Of a stretch of DNA of 64,000 nucleotides, positions 1 through 9,463 are shown piece after piece. The DNA lies in the NCBI GenBank assembly GCA_963813405.1, contig CAWEYU010000005.1, positions 136,436 to 200,435 on the forward strand. Direction: 5' to 3'. The stretch is from an uncultured Bacteroidales bacterium. GTDB taxonomy: Bacteria; Bacteroidota; Bacteroidia; Bacteroidales; VadinHA17. The translations under genes and the position numbers were made by a program. How positions within the stretch are numbered: position 1 is the first letter of the stretch; each line of letters begins with the position of its first letter. Under the pieces are notes generated by a model. It was not told the DNA's origin and did no database searches. It saw only the letters and a program-made list of their open reading frames with translations.

Positions 1-1224
1 GCCAATATGGAAAGCTTCAGGGAGCATCGTCTCCGCAATCATTGTAAGCATGGCACCGGCAGCCATCCCATCGACAACAGCAAATGTGACTGGTGATACA
101 TTAGCAAAAAAGACATTCCCCATAAAGGCACAAATACCAGCCACGACCATTATAGATGTCCACATTGCCAATATTTTCATATTAGACATTCGCTGTTTTC
201 TCATTCCGACAGAGCTTGAAAGAGCTTCCGGAAGGTTGGAAAGAAACAATCCGGCAATCAGGGAAATACTTACATTGCTGTTAACAAGCATACTCGACCC
301 TATCACAATTGACTCAGGTATTCCATCAAGCATCATACCAAGCCAGATAGCCATTGATACGTTGCCATGTTCTCCAACCTCCTCATGAAAATCGGATTCT
401 GTTACCTGTGATTTTTTGTCCTCAAAATGGGAGAAAGCCTCTTTGTACCATGTCTCAGCTTTGGTATTGTCAATTTCATTCCTCAATTCCAGAAGATGTA
501 TCTTTTCCGTCACCAGTTCCTTAATTTCCTTTGCGAGGTGAGGATTAAATGAAATGATCCGGTCGAGGGCCTCCTTATTTATCACCCAGGCATGCATATT
601 TTCCTTTACAACGACCGTATAACTATGAGTAATACCTGTAAGCATCTCAACAATCCCATAAGTATCATTTGCTTTCAGGATATCGACAATGCTGTTGTTT
701 TTATCATCCATAACTATCGCCTCTCCTTTTTCAACAATAAAGAAGTTGTCACCGGGATCTCCCTCATGGATAACTATTTTACCCTGACGATAAAGATAAC
801 GATTGAGATAAGGAATAATCAGCTGGGCTTTTGAAGGTGATAGATTATGAAAGAATTTAACCTTGCTCAATTGCTGAAAAAAAAGTTTCTGATGGTGACT
901 CTTCTTTCTGTAGATATGAGTTAAAGTGGTTGCAGTTTTGCGAAGGAACCCTCCTTTATTATCAACAAGTTTATTAAGTACAACAAAAAAGACTCCTCCT
1001 GTTATCATTCCAATAGCCAATGGGTAGTAATGTCCTTTTTCCATTGATGTGGATACGAGGTCGATTGTAAGAGCAGCAAGCAGAGCACCGGCTCCTATTG
1101 CCATAAGCGAAGCAAGCATTTTTGGTTTTGGGCTCCATACGAACGCGATTAACACTCCGATAGGGAGTGATACTGCACTTATAATCCCGAAAAGAAAAGC
1201 GTCCAACCACATTATTCCAGTCAT
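1..1224 (-). CDS. ZIP-family metal transporter with a cyclic-nucleotide-binding-like (CAP_ED) domain in its central loop; C-terminal end lies beyond the window
   Basis: Absent from the ORF track because no stop falls inside the window. Plus-strand triplets in phase with base 1 contain no tta/cta/tca up to 1224, so the minus frame is open from ATG (1224..1222) to base 1 (408 codons). An in-frame upstream stop is at 1249..1251. Hand translation starts MTGIMWLDAFLFGIISAVSLPIGV (TM helices). It continues FFHNLSPSKAQLIIPYLNRYLYRQGKIVIHEGDPGDNFFIVEKGEAIV (cNMP-binding barrel signature), then AIWLGMMLDGIPESIVIG and LFLSNLPEALSS (ZIP TM4/TM5-type PE motifs). Track ORFs 50..388, 592..834, 974..1252 and 1049..1255 are shadows of it. 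Confidence 0.75.
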   Translation of the reverse strand, partial: MTGIMWLDAFLFGIISAVSLPIGVLIAFVWSPKPKMLASLMAIGAGALLAALTIDLVSTSMEKGHYYPLAIGMITGGVFFVVLNKLVDNKGGFLRKTATTLTHIYRKKSHHQKLFFQQLSKVKFFHNLSPSKAQLIIPYLNRYLYRQGKIVIHEGDPGDNFFIVEKGEAIVMDDKNNSIVDILKANDTYGIVEMLTGITHSYTVVVKENMHAWVINKEALDRIISFNPHLAKEIKELVTEKIHLLELRNEIDNTKAETWYKEAFSHFEDKKSQVTESDFHEEVGEHGNVSMAIWLGMMLDGIPESIVIGSSMLVNSNVSISLIAGLFLSNLPEALSSSVGMRKQRMSNMKILAMWTSIMVVAGICAFMGNVFFANVSPVTFAVVDGMAAGAMLTMIAETMLPEAFHIG

Positions 1225-1275
1225 AGCTGTATATTTTAAATATCTGATTCAATAAATATTCAGATCAGTTATATT

Positions 1276-1308
1276 TTGTTACAATGATATTCATTTTTAT
1301 TAACTTTG
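1276..1308 (+). promoter_or_regulatory. Candidate Bacteroidota promoter for kup (-33 TTTG, -7 TAACTTTG)
   Basis: TTTG at 1276..1279 and TAACTTTG (TAnnTTTG consensus) at 1301..1308, 21 nt apart and 46 nt upstream of the kup ATG. Confidence 0.35.
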
Positions 1309-1353
1309 CGCGCTATAACCCTAAGATAGTCAGATTAACAGTTCGATCTTTTC

Positions 1354-3303
1354 ATGGATAAAAAGCATCATCATTTAGATATAAATAAACTCTCTCTTGC
1401 CGGACTGGTAATTACACTAGGTGTTGTTTATGGTGATGTGGGAACAAGTCCCCTTTATACTATGCGTGCTATTGTTCTGGGTGGAAGAAGCAATTTTAAT
1501 GAATTGCTTATCTATGGTTCGATCTCTTGTATTTTCTGGACCCTCACACTTCAGACCACTATTAAATATATCCTGATTACATTAAGGGCGGATAACAATG
1601 GAGAGGGTGGTATTTTTGCACTTTTTGCCCTGATGAAGAAAAAATCGGTCTGGGCCGCAGTTCTTACTATGATCGGAAGCGCTGCACTGCTTGCAGATGG
1701 CGTTATAACACCTTCAATAACAGTTACCTCAGCAATTGAAGGATTGAGGCTTTTTAATGCTAATATTCCTGTCGTTCTCATTGTCCTCTGTATTTTTGCA
1801 GCTCTGTTCTTTATCCAGCAGTTTGGTACCAATTTTGTCGGTGGTTCTTTTGGTCCTGTAATGGTATTATGGTTTTCTATGCTTGGTGTATTGGGATTTT
1901 CACAGTTATCACTTCATCCCGATATCTTAAGAGCTTTAAATCCTGTATTTGCATATCGTTTTCTCAGTGAATATCCCGGAGGATTTGTCTTACTTGGGGC
2001 TGTATTCCTTTGCACAACAGGTGCTGAAGCCCTCTACTCCGATCTTGGTCACTGTGGCAGGTCAAATATAAGAGTCTCATGGATTTTTGTCAAAACTACT
2101 TTGGTACTAAATTACCTGGGACAGGGAGCCTGGCTCATGATTAACGATACTTCAGGTGCTGATATAAATCCCTTTTTCGCCATTATGCCAAAATGGTTCC
2201 TCTTGCCCGGAATTGTTATTTCGACTTTTGCAGCTATAATCGCCAGTCAGGCTCTCATTAGCGGTTCATACACACTTATAAGCGAAGCAATATCTCTGAA
2301 TTTCTGGCCCAAAATCAAAATTTTGCATCCGACTTTTATTCGGGGGCAGGTTTATCTTCCTTTTGTAAACTGGTTTCTCTGGATCACCTGCAGTCTTGTG
2401 GTCTTCTTTTTTAAGGAATCAGCAAATATGGAAGCTGCATATGGACTTGCTATCACTATTACAATGATAATGACTACTTTATTGTTGTCGTATTATTCAT
2501 TCATAAGCGGCTGGAATCACAGGCTGGTTTTATTGATGCTGACTGTCTATCTTACAATTGAAGGCAGCTTTCTGATCGCTAACCTTCATAAATTCAGATA
2601 TGGGGGATGGTTTACCCTTATGCTGGCCACGCTCTATTTTCTTGTTATGTTTGGCTGGTATTTTGGCAGGAAAATTAAAAACAGATATATAACCTATGCA
2701 AATCTTGATAATTACCATCAGCTCTTCAAAGATCTGAGTTCAGATAATTCTGTTCCACGGATTGCGACTAACCTGGTATATATTATCAGGGCAAACAGGT
2801 CGGATCAGGTTGAATCAAAAGTAATTTATTCAATTTTTCAGAAACAGCCCAAACGAGCTGATACTTACTGGCTTCTGCATGTAGACAGGGTAAACGATCC
2901 AAACAGATTCGAATATAAGGTGAAACAGATAATTCCTGGAATACTTATAAGGGTTGATTTTCACATTGGGTTCAAGGTCGAACCGAAGATAAACCTCTAT
3001 TTCAGAGAAGTCCTGGAGGATCTGGAAAAATCAGGTGAGATAAAGCTTGCCAGTAGTTATGATTCTCTGAGGAAGCACGATTTTACAGGAGATTTTAAAT
3101 ATATTATTATCGACCGTATCATGCCACGTGACTATAAGTTGTCCAGCTGGGAGAATTTTATCCTGACACTAAATAATATTGCAAGAAGGCTTAGTATCAA
3201 TGATATAAGGGCTCTTCAGCTCGATTCAACAAATACAATAGTTGAACAGGTTCCGATCACGATCGATCAGGAAGTTGATCTTCGGATCCAGAGAATCTCT
3301 TAG
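1354..3303 (+). CDS. kup: Potassium uptake transporter, KUP/HAK/KT family
   Basis: 649 aa with N-terminal family signature LGVVYGDVGTSPLYT. About 12 hydrophobic segments are followed by a soluble C-terminal domain, the typical Kup length and layout. Confidence 0.95.
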   Translation: MDKKHHHLDINKLSLAGLVITLGVVYGDVGTSPLYTMRAIVLGGRSNFNELLIYGSISCIFWTLTLQTTIKYILITLRADNNGEGGIFALFALMKKKSVWAAVLTMIGSAALLADGVITPSITVTSAIEGLRLFNANIPVVLIVLCIFAALFFIQQFGTNFVGGSFGPVMVLWFSMLGVLGFSQLSLHPDILRALNPVFAYRFLSEYPGGFVLLGAVFLCTTGAEALYSDLGHCGRSNIRVSWIFVKTTLVLNYLGQGAWLMINDTSGADINPFFAIMPKWFLLPGIVISTFAAIIASQALISGSYTLISEAISLNFWPKIKILHPTFIRGQVYLPFVNWFLWITCSLVVFFFKESANMEAAYGLAITITMIMTTLLLSYYSFISGWNHRLVLLMLTVYLTIEGSFLIANLHKFRYGGWFTLMLATLYFLVMFGWYFGRKIKNRYITYANLDNYHQLFKDLSSDNSVPRIATNLVYIIRANRSDQVESKVIYSIFQKQPKRADTYWLLHVDRVNDPNRFEYKVKQIIPGILIRVDFHIGFKVEPKINLYFREVLEDLEKSGEIKLASSYDSLRKHDFTGDFKYIIIDRIMPRDYKLSSWENFILTLNNIARRLSINDIRALQLDSTNTIVEQVPITIDQEVDLRIQRIS

Positions 3304-3553
3304 TTTTCTTTCCCCCCTTACCGAACCATCTCAAAGGATTCAGATAACTTTTGTACTTTTTAACAAGCTCCTTTCCAAGAAAGAATGCCCCTCCCCAGAA
3401 TGCAATTTCCCCAATTACAATCCCGATAGGTACAAAAGTAAGTTTGACATAAGTCGGGACTTTGAGTAATGGGATAACTAATGCCAGTGAGTAGACTATT
3501 GCACAAATAATCATCAGGGCTATGCCAATCTTAATCTGCAATTTGTTTTTCAT
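3257..3553 (-). CDS. Small two-TM membrane protein, function unknown (resembles stand-alone 'transporter suffix' type proteins)
   Basis: 98 aa with two hydrophobic helices (IGIALMIICAIVYSLALVIPL; FVPIGIVIGEIAFWGGAFFLG) and a basic tail. Its start overlaps the stop of the upstream esterase by 4 nt (translational coupling). Its 3' end overlaps the kup 3' end by 47 nt. Confidence 0.5.
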   Translation of the reverse strand: MKNKLQIKIGIALMIICAIVYSLALVIPLLKVPTYVKLTFVPIGIVIGEIAFWGGAFFLGKELVKKYKSYLNPLRWFGKGGKKTKRFSGSEDQLPDRS

Positions 3554-4950
3554 TTCATCCTTAACAGAAGCAATTTATACCCCTCTTCATTCCTGATATT
3601 GTTGAAAGAAGGCTCAGTTACAATTGCTTTCTTTGAGGTAAACCCATGTCCGATCGCTTTGTTCAATGCCTCAATTGCTTCGCGTCTTCTATTTTGCAGG
3701 GATAATGACCTGGCGAGATTATAGTAGTTATTTGGATTTTCACTATCCGACATAGTGCATAATTCAAAGAAAAATCCGGAAAGGGCATACTGCTTCTCCC
3801 GGAAATATGCCATTCCCTGCTCTGAACACAATATTGATATGAAATTCAATAATCGTGAGGCCATCTGGCTGTTCCCGGGATTGGCCTTGTCTGTAGTAAG
3901 TTTAAGCGATCCAATTTCTCTTTTCCACCATAAAGCAGTTGTATCAGGTACAGATCCGGAATTTAGAATACCCTGTATCGACGAAATATATCTCTCATTC
4001 ATTTTTCTTTCCCGCAATGAAATAGCAGACCATTCAAGGTCGGCTGATCTATATTCTTTTGATTGCCTGATTGATGTCAGCATTCCTGACATATCCCTGG
4101 CGACCGGCAATCCTGAAAAGTCTCTCACAGCATATCCCAGGTATCTTGCTGCATCATATTGTTTCCCTGAAGTGGTAAGGTTATTTATAATCGTTTTTGT
4201 TTTACCTGCATAAAAGGAAAAATATACAGAATCGATTTTTATGATTTTCTTTTTCATTGCCTGGAGGTTAATCCACTCAATGGCTTCCTCCAGAATTTCT
4301 GAGGGTGGCCACTGATGTCCACCATCGAATGTCCTGAGATAGGGAATAACAGTCGTTTTGTTATTAAAAAACGTCATTAATTCGAACATTTCCAGATAAT
4401 TCATGTCCCTGTTTCCGGCAATTCCGTAATAAATGAAGGAGGATTTTTCAGAGGGCATCAGGTTCCTGTCACCAGGCAATCCTGCCCCACAGCCGATAAC
4501 ACCTGCAATGAAATTGTTTGATGATGCCAGGGCAAGCGCAAATCGGGAACCGCCAGAGAAACCGGCAGCATAAATTCTTTTGTTATCAAGGTTGAAGCGC
4601 CTGGTAAGATCATTAAGCACCGATCCTGCTGCAACAAAATTCTTATCCAGTGGTCCGTTTCGTGAGTTATGTGAACATGCAAGAATATAACCGTACTTTT
4701 CAGAAGCCTGTCTGAAGGCCTTTACTGCAACAACTCCCTGACCTCCGGGATCAAAAATAAGTATCACAGGCCACTTGACCGATTCTGTGTAAGATGATGG
4801 TACGAATAATGAATATGTCTGATCAGGTTGATTCTGACATTTAACTGTATCGATTATTCTTCCGTTAAACACTATTTGCGCAGTAAGTGAGACATGCGCT
4901 AAAAGAATAAGGATGAAACAAATTTTTATATTCAGTATACTCTTTCTCAT
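3550..4950 (-). CDS. Secreted alpha/beta-hydrolase (esterase / PHB-depolymerase-like) with a C-terminal TPR-like helical domain
   Basis: 466 aa with a signal peptide (ILILLAHVSLTAQ) and a GxSxG nucleophile elbow (GFSGGSRFA). The helical C-terminus carries TPR-like repeats (NYYNLARSLSLQNRRREAIEALNKAI). Confidence 0.7.
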   Translation of the reverse strand: MRKSILNIKICFILILLAHVSLTAQIVFNGRIIDTVKCQNQPDQTYSLFVPSSYTESVKWPVILIFDPGGQGVVAVKAFRQASEKYGYILACSHNSRNGPLDKNFVAAGSVLNDLTRRFNLDNKRIYAAGFSGGSRFALALASSNNFIAGVIGCGAGLPGDRNLMPSEKSSFIYYGIAGNRDMNYLEMFELMTFFNNKTTVIPYLRTFDGGHQWPPSEILEEAIEWINLQAMKKKIIKIDSVYFSFYAGKTKTIINNLTTSGKQYDAARYLGYAVRDFSGLPVARDMSGMLTSIRQSKEYRSADLEWSAISLRERKMNERYISSIQGILNSGSVPDTTALWWKREIGSLKLTTDKANPGNSQMASRLLNFISILCSEQGMAYFREKQYALSGFFFELCTMSDSENPNNYYNLARSLSLQNRRREAIEALNKAIGHGFTSKKAIVTEPSFNNIRNEEGYKLLLLRMK

Positions 4951-6404
4951 TTGTTCAGATTGCCGGATCTTTTACGCATGATGCCTAATGCACATAAATA
5001 CCCACCGTATATGACTCCCGAGAATCCGCCACCCGATTTTCCCCAGGCGGATGCAAAATTAAGATTACGAAGAGATTTAAGATAGTTAATACTCTTTTTG
5101 TAAGGTGGCTGCGTGAAACCATGCGTTGCACCGTCGGTATTCATCGTAAAGCGCTTCACTGTCAAAGAAGTTCCAACTTCATAATAATCTATTACATCTT
5201 TAATTCCCGGAATTAATTTTTCAAGCCTGTCAATAAAAGTTCTTGCTACTCTTTCCTTTTCCAGTTTGTATTCAACAGGTGTGAATTTTTCCCAATCCTT
5301 TACATAATCAATGCAGCAGAGAGCTCCCACACTTTTCCCTTCAGGTGCCAGACCCGAATCAATCTGACCGTAATCGACAAATGTGAAACTGCGTTTTGAA
5401 AAATCACTACTGTTGTTTATTCTGATATCAGCCAGATTTTTAACTGAATCATCAAATATGAAGGTTGTATAATATTTGGATCCAAGATCTTTGAGAGGTT
5501 TTTTAAATCCAAAATAGATAGTAAGCAGAGAAACACCATTTTCTTCAGCAGCAATATTCTCAATTAATTCCCTGGCATATTTATCTGGTAGCATCTCTGC
5601 CAGCCCGGGGACAGCCGAACCGGCTATAATCTCCTCACCAAGAGCGATAATACCTTCTGTATCAGATTTATTTTTCCTTTTATATGATACGCCAATCGCT
5701 TTATCATCAGAGGTAATTACTTCCGTAACTATGTGATTAAGAATGACATCACCTCTATGCATTTTGATATAATTTGCCAGGTAATCTGAAAGTTTTTGTG
5801 ACCCCTCCCTGATAAAGCTTCCCCCGCACAAGAAATAACTGCCCTGTGCAACAGAGTAGTATGCCATTGAAAGAGAATAAGGATCGTCATGAAAATACCC
5901 AAGGTTTCCAAGAAGAACCAGTTTAAGATCATCATTATTTATAATTGAATCGAGGTATTCTCCGACCGATATATCTTTGATTTGTTCCTTGTCGGTGTTC
6001 TTTTTCCGTGGGGCAAGAATATGATTAAAGTAAGTATTTATTCCACTTATTTCTTCAGGGAATGCAGAAGACAATCTTTCAACAGCGATTTTTGGATCGT
6101 GCGGTATAGTAATTTCGTACCTGCCGTTTATAAAGTGATAAAATTCGGGAACCTTTAAAAACCTGACATCTTTAAAGACGCCGAGATCGTTAAAAATACG
6201 TGTTTTCATGTCGCCGGCAGAAGGGCTATCCATTTCATGGAGGCCTACTTCAAGAGTGTAATCCCCTCGCTGAAAGGTGGTGGCACAACCGCCGGGTTTA
6301 TTATGCTGCTCAATTACCAGGACTTTCCTTCCCTCTTTTGCGAGTTTTGCACCAGCTGTTAATCCTCCCAGTCCGGCTCCAATTATAACTATGTCATATT
6401 TCAT
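4947..6404 (-). CDS. NAD(P)/FAD-dependent oxidoreductase, phytoene desaturase (CrtI) family
   Basis: 485 aa with an N-terminal Rossmann dinucleotide motif DIVIIGAGLGGLTAGAKLAKEGRKVLVIEQHNKPGG. Length and C-terminal pattern fit the CrtI/amine-oxidase fold. It overlaps both neighbours by 4 nt. Confidence 0.85.
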   Translation of the reverse strand: MKYDIVIIGAGLGGLTAGAKLAKEGRKVLVIEQHNKPGGCATTFQRGDYTLEVGLHEMDSPSAGDMKTRIFNDLGVFKDVRFLKVPEFYHFINGRYEITIPHDPKIAVERLSSAFPEEISGINTYFNHILAPRKKNTDKEQIKDISVGEYLDSIINNDDLKLVLLGNLGYFHDDPYSLSMAYYSVAQGSYFLCGGSFIREGSQKLSDYLANYIKMHRGDVILNHIVTEVITSDDKAIGVSYKRKNKSDTEGIIALGEEIIAGSAVPGLAEMLPDKYARELIENIAAEENGVSLLTIYFGFKKPLKDLGSKYYTTFIFDDSVKNLADIRINNSSDFSKRSFTFVDYGQIDSGLAPEGKSVGALCCIDYVKDWEKFTPVEYKLEKERVARTFIDRLEKLIPGIKDVIDYYEVGTSLTVKRFTMNTDGATHGFTQPPYKKSINYLKSLRNLNFASAWGKSGGGFSGVIYGGYLCALGIMRKRSGNLNK

Positions 6405-7570
6405 TTTATATCTGGTATGGGGTAACGTTTAAACTCTTTTGTCCTGTCAAACAGATACCGGTAAGTGATATAGTTTTTTGCAGGTACACTTCCAATGGAA
6501 ATAAAGATCTTTCTCATCTTTGGATTGAAATCTGCAACCCATGAAAACTCAATCTCAGAATAGTGTGGTTTTCTTTTCAGTGCCTCTCTGATATACAGTA
6601 TGAATGCAGATTCGATGCCATGGTTCTGAAACTTTGGTATTACACCCATGAGAAGTCCTTTTGCCCTGGTGATGGTTTTCCGCTTTTTATAATATACAAA
6701 TCTCAGCATATTTAGAAGGTCCATTCTGCCATTCAGATGTTTCAGGATCTGATTGACATCGGGAAACATCAGATAGATTGCTATCGGTTTCCCTTCAAAG
6801 TAAGCCATCCAGATAAATTCTTCATCGAGTATTGGTTTGGCTTTCTTAAGGACATTTCTTATGTAATCTGCCTCAAGTGGCTCAAAAGTTTGTTTAAAAG
6901 AGGCCCATGCCTCGTTAAATACTTCGGCAAAGTCTTTTGATAGAGCTTCCTGTTCTTTCCAGGTAAAATGTCTGAATTCATAACCGGGCTTATTCACTAC
7001 CCATGATGCTATCTTAAAGAGTCTTTCAGGCAATGGTTTGGTCAAATCAAGATGAAATCCTTCCATTTTATAATAAACCTGAAAACCGTAAGATTCGAAC
7101 AGATCCTGGTAATAAGGGTGGTTATACGGAACGTCAAATGAGGGATGGGTAAAACCGCCCACAAGGAGACCCCAGTATTTATCGGTCTCACCAAAATTAA
7201 CCGGCCCGTCCATTGCCTGCATACCTTTTCCCTTAAGCCACTCCCTGGAGGTATCAAACAGAAGGAATGCAGCTTTCCTGTCATTTATGCACTCAAAGAA
7301 GCCTGTTCCACCCGTGGGTTGCTCATATGAATCACAAAGATTATAATCGATGAAGGCTGCTATCCTGCCTACAGGTTTGTTTTTCTCATCAGTGAGGATC
7401 CACCTTTCAGCAGCTCCATGTTTATAATAAGGATTTGTCAGCGGGTCAAAAATTGCATTGATATCATTGTCCAGAGGACAGACCCATGTTTTATCATTTT
7501 TATAAATTGCACGGGAAGTGTCAAGAAACAATTGCCTGGTTTTTCTGTCATCGACTTTAATTAAATTCAT
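6401..7570 (-). CDS. Conserved Bacteroidota protein, probable GNAT-fold acyltransferase; function unknown
   Basis: 389 aa, soluble, coding-like composition. The N-terminal pattern (KNDKTWVCPLDNDINAIFDP...GRIAAFID) is one I recognise from proteins usually annotated as GNAT family N-acetyltransferase in this phylum. The function assignment is weak. Confidence 0.5.
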   Translation of the reverse strand: MNLIKVDDRKTRQLFLDTSRAIYKNDKTWVCPLDNDINAIFDPLTNPYYKHGAAERWILTDEKNKPVGRIAAFIDYNLCDSYEQPTGGTGFFECINDRKAAFLLFDTSREWLKGKGMQAMDGPVNFGETDKYWGLLVGGFTHPSFDVPYNHPYYQDLFESYGFQVYYKMEGFHLDLTKPLPERLFKIASWVVNKPGYEFRHFTWKEQEALSKDFAEVFNEAWASFKQTFEPLEADYIRNVLKKAKPILDEEFIWMAYFEGKPIAIYLMFPDVNQILKHLNGRMDLLNMLRFVYYKKRKTITRAKGLLMGVIPKFQNHGIESAFILYIREALKRKPHYSEIEFSWVADFNPKMRKIFISIGSVPAKNYITYRYLFDRTKEFKRYPIPDIK

Positions 7571-7595
7571 CTGTTACCCGGCCTTTTAGAAATGA

Positions 7596-9368
7596 TTACC
7601 TCATATATACCTGTTCAAGGAGAGTCTGATACTTATCCTGAATAAACTGGCGTCTTAATTTCAGGGTTGGTGATAATTCGCCTGATGCAGGACTCCATTC
7701 ATCCTGAACAAGTCTGAACCTGTTTATCCTTTCAGGCGGACTAAGACGTCTGTTCAGCCTGTCAATTTCTGTCGCAAAGATGGTTTTAACCTCAGGCAGG
7801 GTTATCAGCTCCTCATTACTGGCAAAGGTTACTTTTTTCGAAGCTTTAAGGTCATCGAAGTACTTGAAATTAGGAGAGATAAGTGCGCTTGCAAATTTTT
7901 CATGCTCGCCCACAACTATTATCTGATCGATAAGCAGGGATTCCTTGAATATATTTTCTATGACCTGGGGTGCAATGAATTTCCCGTTGGAGAGTTTAAA
8001 GATCTCTTTCTTCCTGTCTGTTACCATAAGAAAATTACCCTCTTCAATATGCCCTATGTCTCCTGTATGGAACCAGCCTTCTTCATCGAAAACTGACCTG
8101 GTAAGCATAGGATCCTTAAAATATCCTAACATTACATCAGGACCTTTGCATAAAATCTCTCCATCACCGGCAATTTTTATCTCAACACCCTCTATTGGCA
8201 TCCCAACGGAACCAAGTTTAACCTTTCCTTTCTCAGTCCTGTTAATAGTGATTATTGGTGAAGTCTCAGTAAGTCCGTACATATTAATTATCTTAATTCC
8301 TGCTGCCCAGAATATTCTTTCAAGTCTTGGTTGAAGACTTGCGCCTCCGCAACCTACGATCCTTACATTTCCGCCCAGGGCCTGCCGCCATTTACTGAAG
8401 ATAAGCCTGTCGGCTAAGTCTAATTTTTTCTCATAGAACCATCCGTTTGCACCAAATGGTTCATACCTGAGTCCTAACTTAACAGCCCAAAAGAACAATG
8501 ATTTTTTTATTCCGGTAAGCTTCTTGCCTTTTGAAATTATTACATCGTAAAACTTCTCAATAACACGAGGGACAGCATCAAAGCCATCAGGTCTGATCTC
8601 CTGAATATTAGCAGCTATGGTCCCCATATTCTCAGCGTAATATATGCTGCTTCCGCTGTATTGGGTCTGATAATTGCCCATCCGACCGCCTACATGACAA
8701 AGCGGAAGAATACTCAGGTACTTATCTGATGATTTGAGGTTGAATACCTTCGATGCAGAAATAAAATTGGTAACCATATTTTTATGAGACAGCATAACTC
8801 CCTTTGCTGCTCCGGTCGTTCCGGATGTATAAATGAGAGTTGCAAAGTCTTCTGGTCTGATACTGTTTTTTAGTTCTTCAACCTCATTCCTTAGTTTTTC
8901 CTTGTTCTGCTTTCCTTTCTCTGTTATCTCTTTCCAGCTTCTTATACCATCGATATCATCAAAAGAAAAAACTCTTTCGGAAAGCCCGCATTTTTCAGCA
9001 GCAGGTTTAATTATTCTCATCAGTTTTGAGTCAGAAACTATGATCATCTTTGCCCCGGAATGAGTCATTATATGCTCATATTCTTTTGTGTTCAATGAAG
9101 TAAAAGCGGGAACGTGTATGACACCAATCATTGCCATGCCGAGATCTGCAAAATTCCACTCAGGCCGATTATTTGACACCGTTATTATCTTATCTCCCTT
9201 CTTAAGACCGATTGCAAGCAGTCCATAGCTGAAATTATAAGAGTATTCTATGTAATCTGCAGTACTGTATTTTACCCATTCACCGTTTTGTTTTGCGCAA
9301 AGAGCATCTTCTTTCAGGAACAGTTCCCTGTATCTTTCGAGAAGATCAAAATTCCGTGTAACTTCCAT
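7596..9368 (-). CDS. Long-chain fatty acid--CoA ligase (AMP-forming acyl-CoA synthetase)
   Basis: 590 aa with AMP-binding signature YTSGTTGAAKGVMLSH and a later GWFHTGDIG...DRKKEIFKLSNGKFIAP motif. Confidence 0.9.
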   Translation of the reverse strand: MEVTRNFDLLERYRELFLKEDALCAKQNGEWVKYSTADYIEYSYNFSYGLLAIGLKKGDKIITVSNNRPEWNFADLGMAMIGVIHVPAFTSLNTKEYEHIMTHSGAKMIIVSDSKLMRIIKPAAEKCGLSERVFSFDDIDGIRSWKEITEKGKQNKEKLRNEVEELKNSIRPEDFATLIYTSGTTGAAKGVMLSHKNMVTNFISASKVFNLKSSDKYLSILPLCHVGGRMGNYQTQYSGSSIYYAENMGTIAANIQEIRPDGFDAVPRVIEKFYDVIISKGKKLTGIKKSLFFWAVKLGLRYEPFGANGWFYEKKLDLADRLIFSKWRQALGGNVRIVGCGGASLQPRLERIFWAAGIKIINMYGLTETSPIITINRTEKGKVKLGSVGMPIEGVEIKIAGDGEILCKGPDVMLGYFKDPMLTRSVFDEEGWFHTGDIGHIEEGNFLMVTDRKKEIFKLSNGKFIAPQVIENIFKESLLIDQIIVVGEHEKFASALISPNFKYFDDLKASKKVTFASNEELITLPEVKTIFATEIDRLNRRLSPPERINRFRLVQDEWSPASGELSPTLKLRRQFIQDKYQTLLEQVYMR

Positions 9369-9442
9369 AGCCGCACTTTATAATATTAATATTCGCAATT
9401 TAAGAATTAGTAGAATAAGGAAGCAAATTTCTGAATGTTTAT

Positions 9443-9450
9443 TAAGTTTG
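9443..9450 (+). promoter_or_regulatory. Candidate -7 promoter box (TAAGTTTG) for cstA
   Basis: Matches TAnnTTTG, 14 nt upstream of the first possible start of cstA. Confidence 0.3.
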
Positions 9451-9463
9451 TCATATTCATTAT

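Noticed and set aside
50-1255. Four short track ORFs (50..388 +, 592..834 +, 974..1252 -, 1049..1255 +).
   Set aside because: All overlap the 408-codon open minus-strand frame encoding the ZIP/cNMP-binding-like protein, and none has recognisable protein features.
3257-3303. The 47-nt convergent overlap of the kup and small membrane protein 3' ends, as a possible antisense regulatory arrangement.
   Set aside because: It may simply reflect an over-long call for the small ORF's C-terminal basic tail. No structure or motif supports a regulatory role.
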